Below, piece after piece: positions 1-10,330 of a DNA stretch of 64,000 nucleotides. The DNA lies in IMG/VR virus record IMGVR_UViG_3300034110_001237, positions 97,698 to 161,697 of that record. One strand, written 5' to 3'. The translations under genes were made by a program, and so were the position numbers. Position 1 is the first letter of the stretch, and each line of letters begins with the position of its first letter. Origin of the DNA: a virus. Below the pieces are notes generated by a model. That model had not been told where the DNA came from. It saw only the letters and a program-made list of their open reading frames with translations, and searched no databases.

Positions 1-57
1 CTTGATTTTTCATCCTACTATGTTATAATGGCCTTCTTAATTAGGGAGGTCATTGTC

Positions 58-549
58 ATGTCGAACAATCATGAAATCGAAAATCTTGAAGATAAAATTT
101 TCACGACCTTACGCCGTAATGGGAATTATGCCATTCCTAAAAATGCGGTGAATATTTACGCACCTATCCTTTCATTGCTTACCAAGATGAGCGAAAATGG
201 TTTCGTTGTTCAGACAGAATCTCCTAATAAATTCATTTTTACAGCTACTGATAAATTGTCGCCTACCATTGTGGTTCGTGGTGTGACTGCAGACAAAGTT
301 CGCACTGGTTATCACCTTTGCCGTAAGAAGACCGATGATGTTGTGTCCAAAGTGAATGCTCGTAACCTTGAAGTCTATGCTAAAGATGTAGACTTTCTGG
401 GTGTCGTTTGTTCGGTGGAAACAAAAGAAGTGGCTGCTAATCTATGGGAACGTCTCACCTTTAAGAAAAATGGTGTTAAAACAGTAATTAAGTTCAAATA
501 TAAGACACTGGTTGTAGCACCTGATACCGAATTGATGAAAGTTCGGTAG
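58..549 (+). CDS. hypothetical protein
   Basis: ORF; GGAGG RBS before ATG at 58; TTGATT..TATAAT promoter at window start; terminator 588-614. Confidence 0.8.
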   Translation: MSNNHEIENLEDKIFTTLRRNGNYAIPKNAVNIYAPILSLLTKMSENGFVVQTESPNKFIFTATDKLSPTIVVRGVTADKVRTGYHLCRKKTDDVVSKVNARNLEVYAKDVDFLGVVCSVETKEVAANLWERLTFKKNGVKTVIKFKYKTLVVAPDTELMKVR

Positions 550-655
550 ATATCCTACTCATCAACCAACCGTCTATAACATCACTAACAAGCACTTCGG
601 TGCTTGTTTTTTTTGAAAGTAGCTTTATACTATTTTTAATTTGTGGAGGTTGCCA

Positions 656-976
656 TTGCTTAAATTTGCTGTATTGTTGAGTTGTTTCACCTTTCTATCT
701 GGTTGTGGTGGTGATACCATCATTAGTGAGAATCCGCGTGAATTTATTGTCTTAGAATATGATAAGCCTTATGGCTTCAGCGTTACACTTGAAGACGTGA
801 TTACTCATGAAATATACAAAGATGTTCCTGTTTCGACATCTTGTGACGACTATCCAAAGTTGAAAATTGACTCCATCTGGTCATTCCCTGTCACCACCTA
901 TGTGGACAACTCAGGAAAATCCTATTCGGTGGTTGATGCTAGTGATTTGTGCGATAAACTAGAAAAAATGCTGTAA
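656..976 (+). CDS. putative lipoprotein
   Basis: hydrophobic N-terminus with lipobox LSGC; GGAGG before TTG at 656. Confidence 0.7.
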   Translation: MLKFAVLLSCFTFLSGCGGDTIISENPREFIVLEYDKPYGFSVTLEDVITHEIYKDVPVSTSCDDYPKLKIDSIWSFPVTTYVDNSGKSYSVVDASDLCDKLEKML

Positions 977-1022
977 AACCTTCTCAATTTCTGTTATACT
1001 TAGGCATTCTTCATGATAAAGG

Positions 1023-1709
1023 ATGTCTATTATGACTTCGCTTGATACAGCATCATTGTTTTCTGTCGCAAGGCTTAAAACTCGGTTAAATCGAGAAAAC
1101 CTTTCAGAATTCATTCCATCTTCGTTCGTTTTTCAATCAGTCTCCATCATTGTCATGGTTCTTGCTTTTATCTATGGTATGAGCATTGATAGTCGTAAAA
1201 TCATAGTATTCAGTGCATTCAATGGGATTGCTTCCATTCTATTGTTCGGTTTGGTGTTATGGATGACTAAAATTAAAACGTTGCCTGATCGCTATTACAG
1301 TTGGTCTACTGCCATCAATTATGTGGGAGCAGTGTTTTCCATTCCTTATCTGATTTTTATTGACTATGAAGCTGTATTGGCATTTTCGACGATCTTCTTT
1401 TTCATCAACATTTTCAACCTTTGTGTTCTTCTTCATATTTTGAATTTTCGGTCTAATCATCACCACAGTTGGAATGCTCTTCGTCAAGTTACCGAATCGA
1501 AGAAAGGCTTCAAATTCAAGCTGACAATGGGGCTACGCCTTCATATGATTATGCCTATTGGTTTGATCAGTATTCATTTTGAAAGTATCACTATCAATCA
1601 TGTCGAACATGATTTGTACTATCTAACTAAACATTTCAAAGAATATGGACTAGACTTGTCTTCGGTTACTGATGATGATTTAAAACTTTGGGAAATGATT
1701 AACTATTGA
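1023..1709 (+). CDS. multi-pass membrane protein, paralog family A (C-terminal M-4 tail)
   Basis: ~4 hydrophobic segments; shares PDRYYS motif with 2474..3178; ends DDLKLWEMINY. Confidence 0.8.
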   Translation: MSIMTSLDTASLFSVARLKTRLNRENLSEFIPSSFVFQSVSIIVMVLAFIYGMSIDSRKIIVFSAFNGIASILLFGLVLWMTKIKTLPDRYYSWSTAINYVGAVFSIPYLIFIDYEAVLAFSTIFFFINIFNLCVLLHILNFRSNHHHSWNALRQVTESKKGFKFKLTMGLRLHMIMPIGLISIHFESITINHVEHDLYYLTKHFKEYGLDLSSVTDDDLKLWEMINY

Positions 1710-2395
1710 TTAAAATCAGGTGGTTTATGACTAATATTTTATTTTTTACACAACGTATGCTGGTCGCTTACACCTTTGGTTTTATGGGCATTCTGTGCTC
1801 TATTCTTATCGCGGCTTTACAGATAACAAAGATATCTGCTAGCGGTGATGTGCTATGGCTTTTATTGGCGTGTGGTTTTGCAGTGGCTGTATTTGTGGTT
1901 TATCTGGATAGCCGTCCAGTTCTTGACAATATTAATTACTATTCAAAATATGCCATGTTTAATTATGTGTTTAGTTTATATGTTGTGGCTCATTCAGTTA
2001 TCATGATTGGATCAAGTCAATTGTTTATACTGTTACCTGCCATGTTGCTAAGTGTTTTCAATATTTTCTTGTTTTCTAAAATCCATCATGGTCTTTCTGA
2101 ACACTTGATTATTCCAAGACTTCAACAATTATATAAGTTATTGCCAGAAATGCATAATGTTAATATTGATTTTGACTATACTTTTTTACGAAAAACAGAT
2201 CTTTTGATTTTTGAAAGAAGATTCTTTAAAATCATGACAACAATGGGTGAATTGCTTTTTGACGGCCATTATCTTTACTTGAACGGCTATAAGTATGAAG
2301 TCGATGCTTTTGTGGATGGATTTAAAGCTTGCTCTATCGACATTAACAGTTCAACACCAGAAGATGCTATGGTTATGCAAATGTATTGTGTATAA
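1706..2395 (+). CDS. multi-pass membrane protein, paralog family A
   Basis: same layout as neighbours; YYS motif; ends EDAMVMQMYCV; start uncertain. Confidence 0.8.
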   Translation: MIKIRWFMTNILFFTQRMLVAYTFGFMGILCSILIAALQITKISASGDVLWLLLACGFAVAVFVVYLDSRPVLDNINYYSKYAMFNYVFSLYVVAHSVIMIGSSQLFILLPAMLLSVFNIFLFSKIHHGLSEHLIIPRLQQLYKLLPEMHNVNIDFDYTFLRKTDLLIFERRFFKIMTTMGELLFDGHYLYLNGYKYEVDAFVDGFKACSIDINSSTPEDAMVMQMYCV

Positions 2396-2473
2396 TTGTA
2401 GCTTAATAAGTCATTTTTAGCTGTCTTATTTCTTTTCAATAGTGTATAATCAACATATATTTGAATCAACGCC

Positions 2474-3178
2474 ATGAGGTGTTTTATGAAAGCATTACAG
2501 TATTTGAAACAAATCACACCCTTGTTTATTATGCGGCAATACAACTTGTCCGCATTTTTGGTTTTGTTATGTTCATGTTTTGGCATGTATCTCACCATGT
2601 CACATATGGAACTTGGTGGTAATAAGTTCTTTATCATTGTTGGAGGTGTAACCTTAGTGACACTGGGGTTCGCTTTTGTCCTTCATGCGATGAATTACTT
2701 TGCTATGCCGCCTGACCGCTTCTATTCAGATTGGTCTTGGATGAATTATATTTTGGCTGGTGTTGTGTTGTTGTCAACTCTCACCATTCCAGAAGAAAGC
2801 CTTGTTAACTATTTGATTATTTTTTCTATTGCTATTCTCAACTTGTGTCTGTTTATGTCAAGCATGCAATTTAGAAGCACATATTCAACTGAAATCACTA
2901 AACTGCGAAAATTGTTTCCTGATGAAAAACAGTTCATGTTTGATTTTGACTTTGATTTTTCACGAGATTTTAAGGGCGTTGTCAATAAGAAAAAAGTAAA
3001 CTTTGGTATTTGTCTCTTAACAAATTCAGGTAAAATTGTTTTGGCGGGTGATAATTTTTATTTTGATGACAAACCTTATTCCGCTGATAAACTGGCAAAG
3101 GATCTTAAAGAATGTGAATTGAGTTTTAACAAGGCCAGTAAAGATGATTTGAAAGTTGTTGAAATGGCAACCTATTAA
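2474..3178 (+). CDS. multi-pass membrane protein, paralog family A
   Basis: PDRFYS motif; ends DDLKVVEMATY. Confidence 0.8.
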   Translation: MRCFMKALQYLKQITPLFIMRQYNLSAFLVLLCSCFGMYLTMSHMELGGNKFFIIVGGVTLVTLGFAFVLHAMNYFAMPPDRFYSDWSWMNYILAGVVLLSTLTIPEESLVNYLIIFSIAILNLCLFMSSMQFRSTYSTEITKLRKLFPDEKQFMFDFDFDFSRDFKGVVNKKKVNFGICLLTNSGKIVLAGDNFYFDDKPYSADKLAKDLKECELSFNKASKDDLKVVEMATY

Positions 3179-3235
3179 TTCGCTAGTTTTATTGCTCTAT
3201 TTACTGTATAATTTAGAAAATTTGGAGAGAGTTAG

Positions 3236-3745
3236 ATGTCAGATAAACCTGCTAAAATTGTTCCTTATGTTCCTCATTATGCTCGTGGTGGCAATGAAGT
3301 GTTGATGGAGCAAGAACGCACCTTTTATGACCGTAGTGGTAATCATGCTTTGGTCACCAGTGTGGTTTATCGAGACAAGAAAGGTGGCATTCATCAAGAA
3401 GATATTCGTGTTAAATGGATTAATATTAAACCAGCCGTTAAGATCGAAAAACCCAAGGTAACGGTTGAACGTGTATTCATTAGCTTAATGGTATGCAGTA
3501 ATGGCTTGTTCTTTTACACAACACTGCAGATGTCTGATGGTCGCCGTGAAACGCCATCACATAGTAAAGAGCTTTATCGTGCTCTTTACGACATTGCCAC
3601 ATGGGCCAATACCTTTGACATTGAACCAGATGTTTACTTGTCAAATGAGTATGTTTCCGAAACTGATGTGCAGGCGGCTTACAAAGAAATTAAACGCATG
3701 GTTGAGCGATTGAAAATGTCTCGCAACCAAAAAAGCTACTTTTAA
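3236..3745 (+). CDS. hypothetical protein
   Basis: ORF with GGAG RBS and TATAAT promoter. Confidence 0.8.
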   Translation: MSDKPAKIVPYVPHYARGGNEVLMEQERTFYDRSGNHALVTSVVYRDKKGGIHQEDIRVKWINIKPAVKIEKPKVTVERVFISLMVCSNGLFFYTTLQMSDGRRETPSHSKELYRALYDIATWANTFDIEPDVYLSNEYVSETDVQAAYKEIKRMVERLKMSRNQKSYF

Positions 3746-3759
3746 TTGAGGTTTTAATT

Positions 3760-4038
3760 ATGTCAAAAATCAACGGTTTTATGGAATGGTTTAAAATGTC
3801 GTATCCTACTCGCAATGTAGAATCTCTTCGTCGTCGGGCATCTAGCTTAACTATTCGGTTGAGTGATTACGCTCAAAATAATTATGGCACTCACTCTGCT
3901 GACCGCATGGAGAGTGTTGTAAAAACCAGTTGGAATGTCCTAACAGGGATGAACCTTATTCCTGAGAAGGATAAGGTTTTTCATTTGAAAGGTCTTATCA
4001 AAATTTTGAAAATGAATACTAAGATGAATGGCTGCTGA
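3760..4038 (+). CDS. hypothetical protein (paralog of 4041..4304)
   Basis: GAGG RBS; NVE.L / KTS / LK..IK.LK shared with next ORF. Confidence 0.75.
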   Translation: MSKINGFMEWFKMSYPTRNVESLRRRASSLTIRLSDYAQNNYGTHSADRMESVVKTSWNVLTGMNLIPEKDKVFHLKGLIKILKMNTKMNGC

Positions 4039-4040
4039 TT

Positions 4041-4304
4041 ATGTTTAAATCCTTGTTGAAGTATTTTAAAGCATCCAATAACGTCGAAGACCTTCTTTCA
4101 GAAGCGACACGTCTTATTGGAGCCATTGAGTCGCGTTTGTATTCTCAGGAAACCCGCGAAGGTTACCTCAATTCCATGAAAACATTGAAAACATCAAGGG
4201 AAATGCTGCAAATTCTTAACGAATCGAGTGAAGAACAGCAAGTTATTTTCTTGAAAAAAATGATCAAACGGTTGAAACCGATTAGTAAAATGAAACGGTT
4301 TTGA
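4041..4304 (+). CDS. hypothetical protein (paralog of 3760..4038)
   Basis: adjacent ORF with shared motifs. Confidence 0.75.
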   Translation: MFKSLLKYFKASNNVEDLLSEATRLIGAIESRLYSQETREGYLNSMKTLKTSREMLQILNESSEEQQVIFLKKMIKRLKPISKMKRF

Positions 4305-4392
4305 CGGATTTTAAAAGTTGTTGCATTTTTTCATTTTTTCTGTTATAATCCGTCATCACGTTACACCGTTGTACTGCCTGAAGGAACCTTCT

Positions 4393-4923
4393 ATGAAATC
4401 ACCAGAACTAACAAAATTAAAGATTCTCATTGATGTATTGAAAGATAAACATAATGATTACTACGAAAAGTACAGTGGTCATGATTTTCTAGCACATGCC
4501 GATGAAGATGATAATTCTGATACTATTTCTTATTTGATGGAGCATGTCCGAAAACTTAAAGTGACTGACAAGAAATATCCAGCTTATTTACAATATTGTT
4601 ATGCGATCTTTAAAGAATTACAAGCTTCTGTTAGATCAGATCTTGAAATTGCTAAACTTACTTATTCTGATCTCATTTATCAAAGCCTCACTGACAATTC
4701 ATCAGACCGTTTATTTCTTGTTGAGTCTTCGATCCATCAACCTGAAAAACTGGATGAATTGTATTCAGTTATTAAGAATGATACAAATGAAAAGTTGTCC
4801 GATGTTGTTCTTGGTGTTATTGACAATTATAAGATCTTTGAAGAAGATCGAAAACGTAGATTGTCCAATATCAATTCATACTTTAACTATTTTTCTAAGT
4901 GTTTTGATGATTTGAAAAAATGA
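4393..4923 (+). CDS. hypothetical protein
   Basis: AAGGA RBS before ATG at 4393. Confidence 0.75.
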   Translation: MKSPELTKLKILIDVLKDKHNDYYEKYSGHDFLAHADEDDNSDTISYLMEHVRKLKVTDKKYPAYLQYCYAIFKELQASVRSDLEIAKLTYSDLIYQSLTDNSSDRLFLVESSIHQPEKLDELYSVIKNDTNEKLSDVVLGVIDNYKIFEEDRKRRLSNINSYFNYFSKCFDDLKK

Positions 4924-4924
4924 G

Positions 4925-5080
4925 CTTGATCGCCCGTATCCCTGTATGGTTAAGACGATTAGGTAATAGTCCGGTGGCTACCTCGCCAGTAATGGCTTAA
5001 TAGACGACTGATTGGTGTCGGCAAATCCGGTAAGATGGTGTAAGACTGTCAAAGAAAGAAGACCTTTGGGTCTTTTTTTT
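4925..5080 (+). ncRNA. candidate structured RNA followed by intrinsic terminator
   Basis: GC-rich intergenic stretch; GCCA-GTAA-TGGC GNRA hairpin 4985-4996; terminator AAGACC/GGTCTT-T run 5059-5080. Confidence 0.35.
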
Positions 5081-5123
5081 TATTTTTTTTGCGTTACAAT
5101 TAAGCAATAACCCCTATATAGAT

Positions 5124-5969
5124 ATGAATAATTACTTAAAAACATCACTGGCTTTTTCTGTTTTCTTAGCTTCGTTGATCACTCATGCTGACTACCAAGT
5201 CAATTACTTTCTTGATAAGAAAGACATCAACTTTACCAATACTCCAGTTGTTGGAGAGTGGTTATCAACCACACCATCTTACAGCGAGTGGACATACGTT
5301 GGTGACTATTTTGACTGTCAGTCAGCCTTGCCAACTATTGAAACGCAAGACGAAGGTGTTCAGTTTACACAAACTCTATCAGATTGCTCCAGAAACAGAA
5401 CACGATCTGTTCAACAACGAGAGCAAAACGATCAAACACATGCCTACCGAAATGTTGGTACTCCTGTTGATGAAAATGAAGATGAAAAAAACTTAACATA
5501 CACTCAACAATTAATAGGAACCAGTCCAGCTTTCACACTTAATTTTGGAGCTGGTCGATATACTGCAACTGGTAGTACATTGGTTGGTTCTTATGCTCGA
5601 ACAAATTCTGGAATATCTATTGGTTCAACTATCTTGAATGAAAATGGTGCCAGAGTGCTTTTATATTTTACCTCTCCTGCTCAATATCCTGCACTTCAAA
5701 GCTGTATACTCAGGTATGGCATCACTTCAACAACAGGTTGGACACCGGGCGGTATCACACCCCCAACAGCCTATGACGATGTTCAAAAATATAACTATAT
5801 TGATCTCTATAATGGAAGCACATTATACAAACGTTATAGCCTTTCAGGTTCCAATATAAACTCAGCCGAGACTGGTTATTACCGTGATATTTCAGCCACT
5901 TGCTCTGATATGTCGGCATTCTACGACAATACTTCATTTTTCAGTAAAGCTGTATTCCGTAAACACTGA
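5124..5969 (+). CDS. secreted beta-rich protein, 'ADY' family
   Basis: signal peptide ending THA, then DYQVNYFLDKKDINF; Thr/Ser/Gly/Tyr-rich with paired Cys. Confidence 0.75.
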   Translation: MNNYLKTSLAFSVFLASLITHADYQVNYFLDKKDINFTNTPVVGEWLSTTPSYSEWTYVGDYFDCQSALPTIETQDEGVQFTQTLSDCSRNRTRSVQQREQNDQTHAYRNVGTPVDENEDEKNLTYTQQLIGTSPAFTLNFGAGRYTATGSTLVGSYARTNSGISIGSTILNENGARVLLYFTSPAQYPALQSCILRYGITSTTGWTPGGITPPTAYDDVQKYNYIDLYNGSTLYKRYSLSGSNINSAETGYYRDISATCSDMSAFYDNTSFFSKAVFRKH

Positions 5970-6025
5970 TTAAATTTTGAACAAAAAAAAGACCTTCGAA
6001 AAGGTCTTTTTAATTAACAATGATT

Positions 6026-6619
6026 TTATTGATTTTGAAACTTGTCCCATTCTTCTTTGATAGTTTCCGAATCAACAAAGACGGCAAGGTTTTCATAGAC
6101 CACATCGTTAATCTTGATATTGCGATCTCGACCCACTGACATACCTAGAATAGCTGACTTGTCTGCAGAGTAGACTGGCCCACCTGACATACCACCAATC
6201 GTTCGAGAATCACTAATCGCATAACGGCCATCTTTAAATTCAACTTCGTCTTGAATGAACTTACCACGCAGTTCAACTGTCAGACCGTTGTCTTTTGGCC
6301 CCACATGAATGACTTCTTCATCGGCTTTTGGATTTCGCCATTCAATCGCTGGATTGAACTTATCGTTGGGCTTGTTCTTGAAGAATACCAGATCAACAGT
6401 ATCACTGACATACTCAGGATCTGCTGGGTATTTGTTATGCTTGGCGGTTACAGCATATTCACTATTCCATTGAATATAGCTTGCACTAATCACTTTACCG
6501 TCTTGTAGATCAGTGATTTTTTTGTAATTGCTGTTAGGGGCAGAACTGCAGGCAGTTACCAGTGCAACACACGCCATCACCAGAATCATTTTCAGCATTT
6601 TCAGCATTTTCATGAACAA
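6026..6619 (-). CDS. trypsin-like serine protease lipoprotein
   Basis: lipobox VTAC; TAKH, DL and GGMSGGP motifs give a complete His-Asp-Ser triad. Confidence 0.8.
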   Translation of the reverse strand: MFMKMLKMLKMILVMACVALVTACSSAPNSNYKKITDLQDGKVISASYIQWNSEYAVTAKHNKYPADPEYVSDTVDLVFFKNKPNDKFNPAIEWRNPKADEEVIHVGPKDNGLTVELRGKFIQDEVEFKDGRYAISDSRTIGGMSGGPVYSADKSAILGMSVGRDRNIKINDVVYENLAVFVDSETIKEEWDKFQNQ

Positions 6620-6794
6620 TCGTCTCCGTTTAAATTTCCATTATTATATTATAAATTGAACAAAAACACAATGTTAATGTGATTACATTCCTTAATATTG
6701 ATGTTTTCATAAATGATTATTATTATCAACAAGTTATGTCTTCATAACATTAAAAATAAATTGACTTCTTAGTTTCTATTTGTTATTATTGAGC

Positions 6795-6890
6795 CACTAG
6801 ATAGAGATGACGATGGAATCGCCTCACAGAAAGGTTAGATCATCTTTAGGTTCAGCGGCGATTGGTTGGGTTCGAGTCCCAGATCTAGTG
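6795..6890 (+). ncRNA. tRNA-like RNA with non-canonical anticodon arm
   Basis: CACTAGAT/ATCTAGTG closing stem; T-arm TGGG-TTCGAGT-CCCA; ATCGCC/GGCGAT stem around ~33 nt; promoter upstream, terminator right after; no CCA. Confidence 0.6.
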
Positions 6891-6935
6891 TGAGGACTTA
6901 CAATTATGTGAGTCCTTTTTTTTTGGAGATTTTCT

Positions 6936-7562
6936 ATGGAATCATTAAATAAACAGTATTGCAAAGCGTCTTTGGTCGTTTTGCTAATTGTTTTGATTTC
7001 TTTTTGTATTAATTCTATGGTGCTCAATCCTTTCGAAGAAGCTCCCTATATCTTTCGCATTCTATATGCTGTCACTGCAGCTCTGGTAGTGTTGGTTCTT
7101 TTCAAGTCAAGAACATTACTGGTGCAGCTTGATTTTTTTAGTCTTACAAAATATCTCTTCTCATTTGTATTCGCCATTACCTTTTTCTCAGGAATCATGA
7201 CAATCTTCAACCCACAAATAACGCAACTTATTGTGGCTAAAAAATATGACGACTATTCCGTGCAGATTAAAACCGAAGATCGTTATCAACCCATTTATTA
7301 CTATTTTGCAGTCGCTCAACAAAAAAATAATGTCAAATATTTAGTCAATTTTGAAAAAAATGGGGTAATTGATAATTTTATTTATCTGGATGATAAAGGG
7401 CTTGATGCTTTAACCAATATCATGAAAGTCTCCAAAGATAAAAATCTTATTGAACTGTATGATACGCTCAATAAAGATGGTAAGATTAGTAAGAAAGAGG
7501 CTAAACAGATATTGCTTTACCTTACGACCTTTGGAGTGACCTATGAAAAACAACCTTTTTAA
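6936..7562 (+). CDS. membrane protein
   Basis: GGAG RBS; three N-terminal hydrophobic segments. Confidence 0.75.
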   Translation: MESLNKQYCKASLVVLLIVLISFCINSMVLNPFEEAPYIFRILYAVTAALVVLVLFKSRTLLVQLDFFSLTKYLFSFVFAITFFSGIMTIFNPQITQLIVAKKYDDYSVQIKTEDRYQPIYYYFAVAQQKNNVKYLVNFEKNGVIDNFIYLDDKGLDALTNIMKVSKDKNLIELYDTLNKDGKISKKEAKQILLYLTTFGVTYEKQPF

Positions 7563-7827
7563 GCGGTTTTACAAAAGATTTGAGCATTACTTTACAACTG
7601 ATGAAGAACGCGACCCTTGCCCATCTTGTGGTGGTTGTATGCGTCATCGTTTACATGAAGACAGTGGTATGTCGGCAGAAGCTAAGTTTGGTTGTCTCAA
7701 ATGTGGTTACACTGAGTTTCGTGGTGGCACTGGCAGTGAAATATGGTTGGAAAAAATTTATTTTGCAAGACAAAAAAATTTATATTTGAGAAAAAAGTAT
7801 TCAATTATTGTAAAATATGATGTATAG
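7543..7827 (+). CDS. small zinc-ribbon protein
   Basis: CPSC...CLKC. Confidence 0.65.
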   Translation: MKNNLFKRFYKRFEHYFTTDEERDPCPSCGGCMRHRLHEDSGMSAEAKFGCLKCGYTEFRGGTGSEIWLEKIYFARQKNLYLRKKYSIIVKYDV

Positions 7828-7863
7828 TAACAATCACACATACTTGTCAATGGAGATTTAATC

Positions 7864-8208
7864 ATGGGTAATAAAAATAAACCACAACGTTTTGAAGGCT
7901 TCTGGTGGTCAGAACGTGAACCGCACTTCCCAAAGCCTGTTAGTTCCGATGTAGCGTTTGAAGGCAAAGCCGCTGTGGTTGAAGCACTCGAAAAACTGGA
8001 AAAAAATATTTATACTCATAAAGATCGTGCTGGCACTTGTGTTTACTTTAAGGGTTGGTCTAACTGCCGGTGTTGTGGTGCAGAAAATGGTTCAGCAGAG
8101 TTTTCTTATAAGAACTGGAAATGGCCTGATGGGTTGTCTCATTATGTTAAAGTGCATAATGTGAAACCTTCTGATGACTTCTTGAAAGATGTGTTGCATA
8201 TTGGTTAA
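7864..8208 (+). CDS. hypothetical Cys/His protein
   Basis: GWSNCRCCG...WKWPDGLSHYVKVHNVKP; GGAG RBS. Confidence 0.8.
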   Translation: MGNKNKPQRFEGFWWSEREPHFPKPVSSDVAFEGKAAVVEALEKLEKNIYTHKDRAGTCVYFKGWSNCRCCGAENGSAEFSYKNWKWPDGLSHYVKVHNVKPSDDFLKDVLHIG

Positions 8209-8279
8209 GTTTTGTTCCTGACAATCTTGATTGTTTGTTCTCAAAATGGTATAATATCTTATCATTTTGAGGATAGACC

Positions 8280-9077
8280 ATGACCAAAAAATCGTATGAA
8301 CTCATTGTCAATACTAACCGAGACATTAGCGAACTGTACAAAATGTTGGGTGCTTATATTACCAGCCATATTGAAAAGAAAAGCTCTTGTGAAGGTGATT
8401 ATCCTTTTGACTGTGACGATGTTATTGAAGCATACACTGAAAGTAATTGTGATACTTATCCAGACTATTTGTGGTGGCATAACAATACTGAATTCAAGGG
8501 GCGAAATAATGAAGACCCTTACCTTTTAACTTCTGGTAAAGGTTCGTTCTGTGACAAAAACTTCCCTGACATTATCTTTTCGGTAGGCGATACTGATGAG
8601 TATGTTCGTTCTCAAATCAAAGCCGAAATCTTTAAAAAATTTAATACCATCGTTGATCCAGTTGATAATTCGACATTGATTGATGAAGTCAAAGTGTTGA
8701 TTGAATCTGATGTTTTTACTACCAAGTTTACAGAAGAATATTGCCATGCTGTTGTTGAAGATTATAACACGATGGAGAAAGTGTTTTCTGGTTATGTCAT
8801 TGAGAAGGTTGAAGTCCCATCTGAAATCAGTGATACATCCTCAATGGTGATCTTTCTTAAACAAGAACCCACCAAAGAACTTGTTGAGAACATGATTGCT
8901 CGTATTCATCAATTCGTTGACAACTATGAAGCTATTTTGGCTGAGACGGATATGGAAAATAAATGTTTTTGTGACACCACCATTGAAGAAGTCATCACCG
9001 ATCCTGCTAACTTTAAAGTAGTGTTTGTTGAATTGGTGGAACATGTAACAGAATCAACAACTAAAAAAATTGTGTAA
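8280..9077 (+). CDS. hypothetical acidic protein
   Basis: long ORF with GAGG RBS, promoter and terminator. Confidence 0.8.
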   Translation: MTKKSYELIVNTNRDISELYKMLGAYITSHIEKKSSCEGDYPFDCDDVIEAYTESNCDTYPDYLWWHNNTEFKGRNNEDPYLLTSGKGSFCDKNFPDIIFSVGDTDEYVRSQIKAEIFKKFNTIVDPVDNSTLIDEVKVLIESDVFTTKFTEEYCHAVVEDYNTMEKVFSGYVIEKVEVPSEISDTSSMVIFLKQEPTKELVENMIARIHQFVDNYEAILAETDMENKCFCDTTIEEVITDPANFKVVFVELVEHVTESTTKKIV

Positions 9078-9170
9078 TATTTGTTACAAAATTAACCCAG
9101 CCTTGTGTTGGGTTTTCGATTGAATGTTCATTTTTTCGATGATATACTGTAATTCATTTTGGAGAATTAC

Positions 9171-9224
9171 ATGTTTCACATGCAGGAAGCCAACAACATT
9201 GTTGAGTTACTTCGATCTATTTAA
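9171..9224 (+). CDS. 17-aa small ORF or gene remnant (MFHMQEANNIVELLRSI)
   Basis: TATACT promoter and GGAG RBS directly upstream. Confidence 0.35.
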   Translation: MFHMQEANNIVELLRSI

Positions 9225-9292
9225 GGTGACGAGCAACAAGTCTTTTAAATAGACAAGTACATTTTTTTAACAATTAATAATAGGCGATTACC

Positions 9293-10312
9293 ATGACTTT
9301 CGAACGCGACCTTGATCAATTTTACACCAACAGTGACATCGCTCTTAAATGCTATGACTTACTGCAAGGTGTACTGGCACAAAACAATATCAAACCTACC
9401 ATATGGTTAGAACCATCAGCCGGTTCAGGGGCGTTCTTTTCTATTGTGTCTGGTAGTAAGCTAGGTATTGATATTGATCCTAAAATTGATAAAGTGGTCA
9501 AAGCAGACTTTTTGGAATACCCTTTGAAAGATGAAGGTTATATCACTATTGGTAATCCCCCTTTTGGCAAGAATTCCAGTTTAGCCATCAAGTTTTTTAA
9601 CAAATGTGCAGAAGTCTCCAAAGTGGTCGCCTTTATTGTGCCGAAGACCTTTAAGAAAGACAGTGTGCAAAAGAAGCTGAATAACCATATGCACCTTGCT
9701 TTTGAATGGGATGTTCCCAGCGACTCGTTCAACATAAAAAAAGAAATTGTGGACGTGCCTTGTGTCTTTCAAGTTTGGATTAAACAAGACATCGTTCGTC
9801 AAAACACTAACAAAAGCTCTCTGGTAGAAGATTTTATCTTCACTAATAGAACCACGGCGAACATCGCTTTTCAACGAGTGGGTGTAAGGGCTGGAACGAT
9901 TAAAGGGTGTGCAGCATTCCCTGAAATTGCTGATGCGTCACATTTGTTTATTAATACCTTACAACCTGATGTCGTGAAGATTTTGAAAGTTATTGACTGG
10001 TCAGCGATTAAATTTAATACTGCAGGAAATCCAAGCATTTCAAAACGCGAATTGATTAGCGAATACACTCGATACAAAGCGAACCTTGTTGGTATTATTG
10101 ATGACTATCTGTTGTTTAATTTTGATGACGTTATCTCGATTGTGTTCTTGGTGAATGGTAATGTGTTCAACATAAAAGTTGAAGAAGGTAATCTTGTGTT
10201 CCATGATGCTATTTTTAAAATTCAAGTGGGTAATGTTGACTTTAATTTGGTGAAAGCTGCCTATCTTGATTTCAAAAAAACATTGAATGAAAACCTCACT
10301 AAAAAAAGTTAA
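9293..10312 (+). CDS. orphan amino-type (N6-adenine/N4-cytosine) DNA methyltransferase
   Basis: DQFYT, LEPSAGSGAF (motif I), IGNPPFG (motif IV); no cognate endonuclease adjacent. Confidence 0.85.
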   Translation: MTFERDLDQFYTNSDIALKCYDLLQGVLAQNNIKPTIWLEPSAGSGAFFSIVSGSKLGIDIDPKIDKVVKADFLEYPLKDEGYITIGNPPFGKNSSLAIKFFNKCAEVSKVVAFIVPKTFKKDSVQKKLNNHMHLAFEWDVPSDSFNIKKEIVDVPCVFQVWIKQDIVRQNTNKSSLVEDFIFTNRTTANIAFQRVGVRAGTIKGCAAFPEIADASHLFINTLQPDVVKILKVIDWSAIKFNTAGNPSISKRELISEYTRYKANLVGIIDDYLLFNFDDVISIVFLVNGNVFNIKVEEGNLVFHDAIFKIQVGNVDFNLVKAAYLDFKKTLNENLTKKS

Positions 10313-10330
10313 AATATTTGAAAAAAAAGG

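Noticed and set aside
9293-10312. Complete restriction-modification system
   Set aside because: No endonuclease next to the methyltransferase; the HNH gene is about 21 kb away.
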